A stretch of DNA of 6,494 nucleotides from a virus (taxonomy: Duplodnaviria; Heunggongvirae; Uroviricota; Caudoviricetes). Under the pieces are notes generated by a model. The model did not search any database. It saw only the letters and a program-made list of their open reading frames with translations, and was not told the origin of the DNA. The position numbers and the translations under genes were made by a program. The stretch lies in IMG/VR virus record IMGVR_UViG_2740892372_000012; one strand, written 5' to 3'. This document shows, in pieces, positions 1-6,223 of this stretch (position 1 is its first letter; each line of letters opens with the position of its first letter).

Positions 1-822
1 CTGTGTCTTTACCCAGCGTGTGTATTTCTCATTTACCCAGCGGCGACGTTTAGGTCGTTTCATGAAGGATTCCGGAGACTCCGGATCAACGGCAATGCTG
101 ACCACCGTCTTTTCCTGTGGTGGGTTCTGTTGCTGGTGGGTGTGAGGCGGTAGCGCAATATTTTTTGTGCGCTGCTTCAGTATGCTGGTGGCGGTCTGTT
201 CTCCCGGTATGATGTCGCTTTCACGGTATACGGAGCGGATTTTTTCCGCCGGTAATCCCAGAGAGCGACGCGATACTGCCTCAGGTAATGCGTCCACCAC
301 CTGATTGCAGACTGCCCACCAGGATAATTCAGCCAGCGATAATTCCCGTTCCTGTGTGCCATTCATTGCGTGGCGGATGACGTCAATCATCCATGCTGAC
401 AGGTTTTGTTGAGCAAGTTGCTCAAGTGATTCGGATGTCTGGTCGCGCAGCTGGTTGTCGCAGTGCCAGCACAACACCATCGCGCCGGTACCGTAACGAT
501 GTATGACGGTTTCGCTGTGGTGGTAATCACCATGAGGCCACTGGCAGGATTTAACGTGACGTAATAACCAGTCAGACAGTGCACCAGCGCCACCAGCAGC
601 ACGAATCACACGCTCATTGCTGAAAAATGGCAGTAATGATTTATCTTCCGCCAGCGGCTGGCGAACGGCAGGAACGACCCCGGACGGCAGATTACGCATG
701 CTTTTCGGTTCAGACTCCACCAGCACCCTGCCGCCATGAAATACCCGCATGGATTCACGGCCTGGCTTAACGATAACCAGACCGAGTTCCGGTACCAGAA
801 CAGGTCGAAGTAATACCCGCAC
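1..822 (-). CDS. Hypothetical phage protein, N-terminal part only (gene continues past the window start); sits where NinG/DUF968-type genes lie in lambdoid nin regions
   Basis: Hand translation: the minus-strand frame with codons at plus 1-3, 4-6, ... has no stop from 897 down to 1 (299 codons), while the same-phase plus frame is full of stops. Candidate start GTG (plus 820-822) preceded by GGAGG (complement of plus 827-831) with a 4-nt spacer; alternative ATG at 748-750 has no SD. Missing from the ORF track because it has no stop inside the window. Translation begins VRVLLRPVLVPELGLVIVKPGRESMRVFHGG and includes a CWHCD motif. Family assignment is unverified. Confidence 0.55.
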   Translation of the reverse strand, partial: MRVLLRPVLVPELGLVIVKPGRESMRVFHGGRVLVESEPKSMRNLPSGVVPAVRQPLAEDKSLLPFFSNERVIRAAGGAGALSDWLLRHVKSCQWPHGDYHHSETVIHRYGTGAMVLCWHCDNQLRDQTSESLEQLAQQNLSAWMIDVIRHAMNGTQERELSLAELSWWAVCNQVVDALPEAVSRRSLGLPAEKIRSVYRESDIIPGEQTATSILKQRTKNIALPPHTHQQQNPPQEKTVVSIAVDPESPESFMKRPKRRRWVNEKYTRWVKTQ

Positions 823-823
823 A

Positions 824-1102
824 TTACCTCCAGATCCGTTGCTGGAATGTGCGGGACGGACGCGGTGGCCGTTCGGAGTAAGGGAGCCTGACGGAGATTA
901 TCCAGTGACGGTAGTCGAGGCTAAGGGCTTTTTTAACCTCGCATCCGCGCCTGCGGTAACACTGAATGAGCCATTCGGCCTGTTCTTCAGTGCATGGGGG
1001 ATGCTGGTACCAGTCAGATTTGAATGCGTGAAAACACCGTCCGCGCCTGCTGGCAAAGACGGCAGAATCATCAGAATTGTATAATTTGGTATCGTGCGCC
1101 AT
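824..1102 (-). CDS. Small Cys-containing hypothetical protein (92 aa), possibly the N-terminal piece of a NinG/DUF968-like gene or a separate small gene
   Basis: ATG at 1100-1102 (MAHDTKLYNSDDSAVFASRRGRCFHAFKSDWYQHPPCTEEQAEWL...), stop TAA at 824-826, one base before the GTG start of the downstream long ORF, with the GGAGG for that ORF inside its 3' end (coupling geometry). Own SD is weak. The longer TTG-initiated version in the ORF track (start 1183) would overlap the hok terminator and is disfavoured. Confidence 0.35.
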   Translation of the reverse strand: MAHDTKLYNSDDSAVFASRRGRCFHAFKSDWYQHPPCTEEQAEWLIQCYRRRGCEVKKALSLDYRHWIISVRLPYSERPPRPSRTFQQRIWR

Positions 1103-1171
1103 CGGTTGTCTCTGCTGGCGCAGCAGGTGCCAGTTGTTCAGGCTGGCGTGCGAATTGTAAACCAGAATGCC

Positions 1172-1201
1172 AGGAAAAAACAAAACCCGCCGAAGCGGGT
1201 T
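1172..1201 (-). terminator. Rho-independent terminator downstream of hok
   Basis: Minus-strand reading: stem AACCCGC (1190-1184), loop ttcg, stem GCGGGTT, followed directly by TTGTTTTTT (complement of plus 1175-1183). GC-rich 7-bp stem plus U-tract, about 70 nt after the hok stop. Confidence 0.6.
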
Positions 1202-1269
1202 AAGTGCGGGTGCGTTGAGGATGCCTGATTCATCAGAGGTGGCGAGGGATTTCTCCCCCGCCTGGTCTC

Positions 1270-1425
1270 TTACTCCTCAGGTTCGTAAGCTGTGAAGACA
1301 GCGACCTCCGTCTGGCCGGTTCGGATTCGTACCTCGCAGAGGTCTTTCCTCGTTACCAGTGCCGTCACTATGACGGTTAAACAGATGACGATCAGGGCGA
1401 TTAACATCGCCTTTTGCTGCTTCAT
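1270..1425 (-). CDS. hokD: Hok/Gef family type I toxin (51 aa, small membrane toxin)
   Basis: Translation MKQQKAMLIALIVICLTVIVTALVTRKDLCEVRIRTGQTEVAVFTAYEPEE matches the Hok/Gef family signature (hydrophobic helix, conserved Cys, C-terminal YE motif) and, from memory, the E. coli HokD/RelF sequence. AAGGAG SD 9 nt upstream of ATG 1423-1425. The ORF track lists a 70-aa in-frame extension from ATG 1480-1482, which has its own GAGG SD 8 nt upstream. Confidence 0.88.
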   Translation of the reverse strand: MKQQKAMLIALIVICLTVIVTALVTRKDLCEVRIRTGQTEVAVFTAYEPEE

Positions 1426-1546
1426 AGCCTGCTTCTCCTTGCCTTTCGGCACGTAAGAGGCTAACCTAGATTTGCCGTTCATAGATTGAGCCTCAGATTA
1501 ATGTTAAGCGTCTTGCAGGACGCGTAATGTTAACTGGGGCTTTTCT

Positions 1547-1582
1547 CTATCTGCCGTTGGTGTTCATGCCCGAGGCAGATAG
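1547..1582 (-). other. Inverted repeat (9-bp stem, 18-nt loop) in the region upstream of hok; possible leader RNA structure
   Basis: Plus 1547-1555 ctatctgcc is the exact reverse complement of 1574-1582 ggcagatag. Hok-family mRNAs are known to carry structured regulatory elements, but the role here is inference. Confidence 0.3.
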
Positions 1583-2029
1583 CCTCAAGCACCCGCAGCT
1601 ATTCTACTTAACTTCCCATTACCTCGCCAATATGAAATCGGTCAGAAAGACAGACGTCCCATAAGGACAACAACGGAAAAAGAGATTTTGCTTGATGCTA
1701 TTTACCTCTGCACCATGAAGTTGCGCCAAAATCCCAGTGGTGATAACAGGAATTTGGTTGTTGGTGATTGGGGAAAGAAGTACGTTAGACTGTGGGTTAG
1801 TTCATTGACATGATAGTTACCTGCCTTCAATTTCCTAAGCAAGCGATGTAAACGATAATCAATATCAAATGTATTGACAGGTAAAATAATAACGATGTAC
1901 CTTTGCTGATAACATATATCAGTCTTAAATCATAATGGAGGTAGATAAAATAACTAAACACACACAACAAATTTTTTATCAGTGACATAGCATATCTTAA
2001 GCATCCTTTAATGCTCATGGGGAGAACGC

Positions 2030-2803
2030 ATGACTAAACATATGGACATTCATTGTCAAACACGCATATTTAACTCAATTAACCATGACACCAAATATAA
2101 AATATGTATTTTTACTCCAAAAAACATTAAAAAAAATAATGCAACTCTTTATATACTTGATGGGAATAGTGCCAACAATTACATTTCTGATATTCTGCCT
2201 GTTATTGATGCACTACCCAATCCACCAGTGTTAGTTACACTTGGTTATGAATCTTGGAATAACCTTAGCATTCATCGCCGTGCTTACGATTATACTCCTG
2301 ATGGTGAAAATGCTATTGTTGATAACTCTAAACCAGCATGGATCTACTTTACTGGTGGAGGAAGCCAGTCTTTCCGAGAATTATTACTAACTCAGATCAT
2401 GCCATGGGTTAGTACTATTGCTCCGAACAGTTCCAGAATCGGTATATGGGGGCACTCGCTAGGTGCTATTTTTGTGCTTGATTGCTTAAAAAATAATTCA
2501 TGCTTTAACTATTATTATATATCTGCACCATCACTTCTATGGCAGAATGAAAGAATCATCAAGATAATTAAAGATGATATATCAGAATCAAAGCACACTA
2601 AAAGTATATGCTTGCTTAACGGAAATCTTAGCCTTGATTACTCCGCATCTTTATATCCTGAAGCCATCAAAGCGGAATCTGTTTTGAGAAATATTTTGAC
2701 AGAAAAATACAGTAATTTTTCTATTGTACAATTTCCAGAGCTCAATCATCAGGAGACTTTCTCTGCTGCACTCTGGAATAGCATTATTCATTTCAGCATA
2801 TAA
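2030..2803 (+). CDS. Alpha/beta-hydrolase fold esterase (esterase D / enterochelin-esterase-like family), no signal peptide; AT-rich cargo (moron) gene
   Basis: 257-aa ORF with GGGGAG SD 5 nt upstream of ATG 2030. Nucleophile elbow GHSLG (WGHSLGAIF), upstream LYILDGNS motif resembling the YLLDG motif of the putative-esterase family, and a His near the C-terminus (ELNHQETF) consistent with a Ser-Asp-His triad. Codon usage is strongly AT-biased compared with the flanking phage genes. Confidence 0.8.
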   Translation: MTKHMDIHCQTRIFNSINHDTKYKICIFTPKNIKKNNATLYILDGNSANNYISDILPVIDALPNPPVLVTLGYESWNNLSIHRRAYDYTPDGENAIVDNSKPAWIYFTGGGSQSFRELLLTQIMPWVSTIAPNSSRIGIWGHSLGAIFVLDCLKNNSCFNYYYISAPSLLWQNERIIKIIKDDISESKHTKSICLLNGNLSLDYSASLYPEAIKAESVLRNILTEKYSNFSIVQFPELNHQETFSAALWNSIIHFSI

Positions 2804-3154
2804 CAGAAAATATGTAATCACTTTATCAATCTAGCTAACATAACTGATATCAATCCTAATGGGTCTTTGAACATATTAAAAGATAACTTCTCATTTGTAC
2901 ATTGTTGTGTTCTTAGACCCATTTCAAAAATACTATTTTTTAGATACTAATAATTACATCCATTTAGCTATCTTCTAAATACTCCTCTCAGTTTCTTCAT
3001 TGGAGCTGATTCAACTCCGGCAATGCATACTAGGATCATTTTATAAGCATACAAACAACATCCAGACTGTGAATTATTGCTATTCATTTTCTATGTATCT
3101 GCTCTTTTCCCATCCACTGAAACACCAGAATCCAAAGGTTTCATGTTATTTTCA

Positions 3155-3568
3155 CTATTCCATCATTACTCCTGTGTAAAATATCAAAACTCGCTGCATC
3201 ACTTCACTGTTACGGCACTCACTACAAATTATGTTCAATTGCCTGTCATAGCGGCGTATTTCTCCGTCTGGTAATGACCAGATAAGGTCAGGATCAACCA
3301 CAACCGGTTTCTTCAGTTTTGCCCTCGATAGTTTTTTGCGGGCGTTTTGCCAGTCCTTACGAGCCTGTTCAGATGGGAATAACCCGTAACCAGAGTTGTA
3401 TACATCGCCACTGGCAACCAGCTCTCTGGCAAGAACGCTCATCAGATATCTTGTCGCACCTGTCTTGGCTTCCAGTTGCCGTAACGTCTCGCGCCCACTC
3501 CGGCGTACTAGCTCAACAACCTGCCCTTTAATTTTTTCCCGCTCTTCCTGTGTAAATACTTTTGCCAT
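3155..3568 (-). CDS. Hypothetical phage protein (137 aa), last gene of the replication-module operon
   Basis: ATG at 3566-3568 preceded by GGAGG (complement of 3574-3578) with a 5-nt spacer; stop TAG at 3155-3157. Start lies 15 nt after the upstream gene's stop. The ORF-track start (TTG 3583) is a less likely 5-codon extension. No recognisable catalytic motif. Confidence 0.7.
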   Translation of the reverse strand: MAKVFTQEEREKIKGQVVELVRRSGRETLRQLEAKTGATRYLMSVLARELVASGDVYNSGYGLFPSEQARKDWQNARKKLSRAKLKKPVVVDPDLIWSLPDGEIRRYDRQLNIICSECRNSEVMQRVLIFYTGVMME

Positions 3569-3583
3569 AAGCGCCTCCGGCAA

Positions 3584-4354
3584 TCACTTTTCCGATACAA
3601 CACGGCGGGAAGAATCAGTAATCTGTCGAACAATATCCCGGTGCTTGTTCAGCTCCCGCAGCGCGGCGCAGACTCGCTCCCACTTCTGAACATCACTTTT
3701 CGCCCTGCGCAGCGCCAGGTTTGCCCTGCGAAGGGACGGAAAAATCAGCTCATCTGCTTGCGTTTCGGTAAACGATGGCAACGGCTGCACAATGTCCGCC
3801 ACAGTTTCTGTTTTAATTTCTTCCTGTGTTGCGGCTTCCCGGACTGGTAACGCAGCACCTGCTGGCTGAGGAAAGGCCTTACCATCACTTTCCGTTACCA
3901 GCGCGGCTTTCGGCTCTGCTGGTAAATTATCGCCCGGCATGCAGTAACGAAATTTACCGTTCTGATTAACGCGTGCCAGCCGCCCCGTTGCGGTTACCAC
4001 CGCCAGCGTGGAAGCAACCTTGCGAGTACTGACACCGAACTTACCCGCCAGTTCCTCACACGTTTTAGCCCCATCCTGACCGATAAACTCAATCATCATG
4101 TCTGCGGTAACTTTTTGTTCGACCTCCCCGGTCAGCATATCCTGTGCTTCAGATTTTACTGGCCGCTCTTCGGTTACCCGGGATTCACCTTCGCCAGCCA
4201 GAAACCAGGTGTGACCAGTTTTATCAACGACGCCATTTCTTTTGAGTTCCCACAGCTCGTTGACAGCCTCTTCACGACTGATTCCAAGGCGAGCTGCCAC
4301 CACATGTGAAGAGGCTTTTTTCAGTGCTTTCAGTGCGTCAGATACGGTTTCCAT
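3584..4354 (-). CDS. Hypothetical phage protein (256 aa) with two N-terminal regions resembling winged-helix/HTH segments
   Basis: ATG 4352-4354 with GGAGG (complement of 4363-4367) 8 nt upstream; stop TGA 3584-3586. Starts 21 nt downstream of the DnaC-like stop. Two similar segments (SDALKALKKASSHVVAARLGISREEAVNELWELKRNGVVDKTG and GAKTCEELAGKFGVSTRKVASTLAVVTATGRLARVNQNGK) suggest tandem wHTH-like domains; function unknown. Confidence 0.75.
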   Translation of the reverse strand: METVSDALKALKKASSHVVAARLGISREEAVNELWELKRNGVVDKTGHTWFLAGEGESRVTEERPVKSEAQDMLTGEVEQKVTADMMIEFIGQDGAKTCEELAGKFGVSTRKVASTLAVVTATGRLARVNQNGKFRYCMPGDNLPAEPKAALVTESDGKAFPQPAGAALPVREAATQEEIKTETVADIVQPLPSFTETQADELIFPSLRRANLALRRAKSDVQKWERVCAALRELNKHRDIVRQITDSSRRVVSEK

Positions 4355-4375
4355 TAAAATTTCCTCCGGACAAAA

Positions 4376-5122
4376 TTACTTCACAACCCTCATATTGCTG
4401 ACATTTGGACGCCAGCTATCCCAGTTAAACGTCACCCATCGACCACCGTTCATGGTCATGCGGTCCATAATCCTCTCACCAAGAAGCGTACTCATTGCGG
4501 CATGATTCAGGTTTGTTAACATCCCGACACTGCACAGTGATGCTGTCCGGCGATCAATTATCTGGTGTAATACCACCTGCTCGTTTTTCGTCTCCCGCTG
4601 AACGCCTATTTCATCCAGGACCAGCAAATCAACACTGCAAAGCTCCTGTAAAAATTTTTCCCCGGATTTGCCGTTGTCGTAGCTGTCATGCAACACGCTC
4701 ATGACATCAGACACGGTGACGATAATCACGCTGCGCCCCTTCGCCATCAGCCGGTTACCCATCGCCGCTGCAAGGTGATTTTTCCCGGTGCCGGTTTTAC
4801 CGCTGAACACAAAATTCGTGCACCCGGTCATCAGTTCGTCAGCTATGGATTTGGCCTGGCTCAGCGCGTATTTTTGCCCGTCGTTCTGCACCTGATAATT
4901 CGCAAACGAGCATTTGCTGTGCAGAGGCTGGATGCCCGAACGATTCAGGATTTTTTCCACCCGCAACTGGTGATTCTGGCGGTTAATCTCCTCGCTGCGT
5001 TTTCGTCCTTCAGCAAGTTGCCATTCCCGCCACTCCTCCACCGTCCGGTACGGTGGAACCGACGCCGGTGGTGCAAGTCTGCGAATACGTTCAAGAACCC
5101 CGGCTGCCGCAATGTTTTTCAT
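4376..5122 (-). CDS. DnaC-like replicative helicase loader (AAA+ ATPase), prophage paralog of DnaC
   Basis: 248-aa ORF with Walker A FVFSGKTGTGKNHLAAAM and Walker B DLLVLDEIG, colinear over its full length with recalled E. coli DnaC (RSGIxPLH, CSFxNY, GMLTN, LLGERxMDRM, FNWDSWR). ATG 5120-5122 lies 6 nt after the initiator stop, with GGGGGTGA upstream (translational coupling). Confidence 0.9.
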   Translation of the reverse strand: MKNIAAAGVLERIRRLAPPASVPPYRTVEEWREWQLAEGRKRSEEINRQNHQLRVEKILNRSGIQPLHSKCSFANYQVQNDGQKYALSQAKSIADELMTGCTNFVFSGKTGTGKNHLAAAMGNRLMAKGRSVIIVTVSDVMSVLHDSYDNGKSGEKFLQELCSVDLLVLDEIGVQRETKNEQVVLHQIIDRRTASLCSVGMLTNLNHAAMSTLLGERIMDRMTMNGGRWVTFNWDSWRPNVSNMRVVK

Positions 5123-5128
5123 GCCACA

Positions 5129-6223
5129 TCACCCCCTGAATCCCGGCGGAATTTCGGTATCCGGTTCAGAAATATGATTCACACAACGCTGGTTGTTCGT
5201 GCCGCTTACCGGGAGCAACCAGGGGTTTTCAAAATTCCGGTCCGGCCCAAAAAACGTCGTCGCTCGCTGAACAAATTCCGTTCCCGCTTTCCCGGTCGCC
5301 GCCAGGTATCTCGCGTAACGCCTCACACCATCCAGCATGGTCTCTGGTGGCACCCCCTCGCGCAATCTGGCCTTCCAGGCACTGAATGCGGATTTCTTCG
5401 GGTTTGCTCCGGCACGCAACGGGTACTCCCGCCAGACCTGTTCGAACACATCCGGATAATCCACTCGTCCCACAGACAGCCCGGTGTTTTCCGGGACTAC
5501 CCGATCGGCTTCCCGCTGAATGGCGGAATCGGCTTCAGGCTGCTGCAGTTGGTGTGATTGCTTCGGCCTTGCGGTCATCACCTGCTGCACAGCGCCCGAA
5601 TCGGCTTTCAGCGCATACGCTGAATCGGCTTCCGGTGTCGTGCCTGCTGGCTGACCAGGATTGACGGTCTGAACATCCCCTGCCTGGTTCGTGGCGTTTT
5701 TTACGCCATGGACCATAGTGTTTTGATCTTCTTGATCTGTATCTTTATCTGTATCTTTATCTGTATCTTTATCTGTATCTTTATCTGTCGTGACTCGTCG
5801 TGACATGTGCATGACATTTCGTGACGCGCCGTGACAATCGCCATTTTGTTCCCGCTTTCTTTCCCTCTCTCGCTGCGCCCTCTTGCGCTCTGCAGGAGAT
5901 TTTGCGGTTTGCGAAATATTGCCGTTGTCCTCTTTAAGCACCTGGCGTTTTTCCCATCCAGTGATTAAATCACCATCAAGTACCCGCCCCTGCATCGTCT
6001 GCAAAATTGAATCAATTACCTCTTCTGTCACGTCGAGCGCACTTGCCAAATCTTCTGTCGTGACATCAATGTGACCTCGCGTGACATTTCGTGACGCGCT
6101 CACCAGGAGGTGGATATACACTGCCATCACTGTTGCAATTGGCTGCCCTGACACCCTGGCAATTGTTCGCCACTTAGGGTCATTTGGCATGTCATGCCAT
6201 AATCTGAGCCAGGCGTTAGCCAT
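5129..6223 (-). CDS. Phage replication initiation protein: N-terminal DNA-binding (replisome-organizer-like) domain, (DKDT)n linker, C-terminal DnaT-like (primosomal protein I-like) domain
   Basis: C-terminus ...NHISEPDTEIPPGFRG matches the recalled C-terminus of E. coli DnaT (...SEPDSQIPPGFRG). Gene order DnaT-like then DnaC-like mirrors the host dnaTC operon. Start taken as ATG 6221-6223 (GAGG SD, 5-nt spacer) rather than the GTG at 6229 used in the ORF track. Stop TGA 5129-5131. Confidence 0.85.
   Translation of the reverse strand: MANAWLRLWHDMPNDPKWRTIARVSGQPIATVMAVYIHLLVSASRNVTRGHIDVTTEDLASALDVTEEVIDSILQTMQGRVLDGDLITGWEKRQVLKEDNGNISQTAKSPAERKRAQRERERKREQNGDCHGASRNVMHMSRRVTTDKDTDKDTDKDTDKDTDQEDQNTMVHGVKNATNQAGDVQTVNPGQPAGTTPEADSAYALKADSGAVQQVMTARPKQSHQLQQPEADSAIQREADRVVPENTGLSVGRVDYPDVFEQVWREYPLRAGANPKKSAFSAWKARLREGVPPETMLDGVRRYARYLAATGKAGTEFVQRATTFFGPDRNFENPWLLPVSGTNNQRCVNHISEPDTEIPPGFRG
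5735..5788. repeat. Perfect tandem repeat, 12-nt unit atctttatctgt x4 plus a partial copy, in frame inside the initiator gene (encodes DKDT repeats)
   Basis: Plus 5741-5788 is four exact copies of atctttatctgt, preceded by a partial unit at 5735-5740. The region is AT-rich, with two GATC sites just upstream (5724-5727, 5734-5737). Confidence 0.9.
5788..5835. repeat. Cluster of five phased (G/A)TGAC direct repeats at about 10-bp spacing (putative iterons, cluster 1)
   Basis: tcGTGAC at 5788-5794, 5798-5804, 5819-5825; gcATGAC at 5809-5815; ccGTGAC at 5829-5835. Spacing 10/11/10/10 bp, about one helical turn. The motif falls in different codon phases of the overlapping initiator ORF, so it is conserved at the DNA level, not the peptide level. 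Confidence 0.6.
6058..6095. repeat. Second cluster of four phased GTGAC direct repeats (putative iterons, cluster 2)
   Basis: GTGAC at 6060-6064, 6071-6075, 6081-6085, 6091-6095. The 18-mer tgacatttcgtgacgcgc is identical at 5812-5829 and 6082-6099, and both clusters are preceded by the same ctgtcgtgac 10-mer (5785-5794, 6055-6064). Confidence 0.6.

Noticed and set aside
177-824. Three minus-strand ORFs from the track (606-824, 387-602, 177-362)
   Set aside because: All three are in the same frame, separated by in-frame TGA codons, and out of phase with the 299-codon stop-free frame covering the same DNA. They are most likely shadows of the real long ORF, not genes or a TGA-recoded gene.
749-1084. 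Plus-strand ORF, 111 aa
   Set aside because: Antisense to the minus-strand ORFs, no SD, low-complexity R/P/G-rich translation.
1103-1183. TTG-initiated N-terminal extension of the 824-1183 ORF
   Set aside because: Its start would lie inside the hok terminator stem/U-tract with no SD; the internal ATG at 1102 is more plausible.
1827-2018. Minus-strand 63-aa hydrophobic ORF in the AT-rich region upstream of the esterase
   Set aside because: AT-rich DNA readily yields I/L/Y/F-rich spurious ORFs; no SD seen and it overlaps the esterase promoter region. Not excluded as a small membrane peptide, but unsupported.
2926-2940. Palindrome aaaaata-c-tattttt downstream of the esterase as a possible terminator
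   Set aside because: The stem is entirely A:T with no GC clamp, so it is a weak hairpin; not called as a terminator.
3077-3274. Plus-strand 65-aa ORF
   Set aside because: Overlaps the 3' end of the well-supported minus-strand 137-aa gene and AT-rich spacer; no SD.
3319-5664. Plus-strand ORFs antisense to the replication operon (3319-3531, 3396-3689, 3641-3850, 4115-4309, 4242-4505, 4495-4704, 4688-5557, 5386-5664)
   Set aside because: All lie opposite strongly supported minus-strand genes (DnaC-like, DnaT-like initiator and the two downstream genes), have R/P/A/S-rich low-complexity translations and lack SDs; typical antisense shadow ORFs, including the 289-aa one.
5735-5835. Tandem repeats as a CRISPR array
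   Set aside because: Units are 12 nt and 10-11 nt with no unique spacers and they lie inside a coding sequence; not CRISPR.
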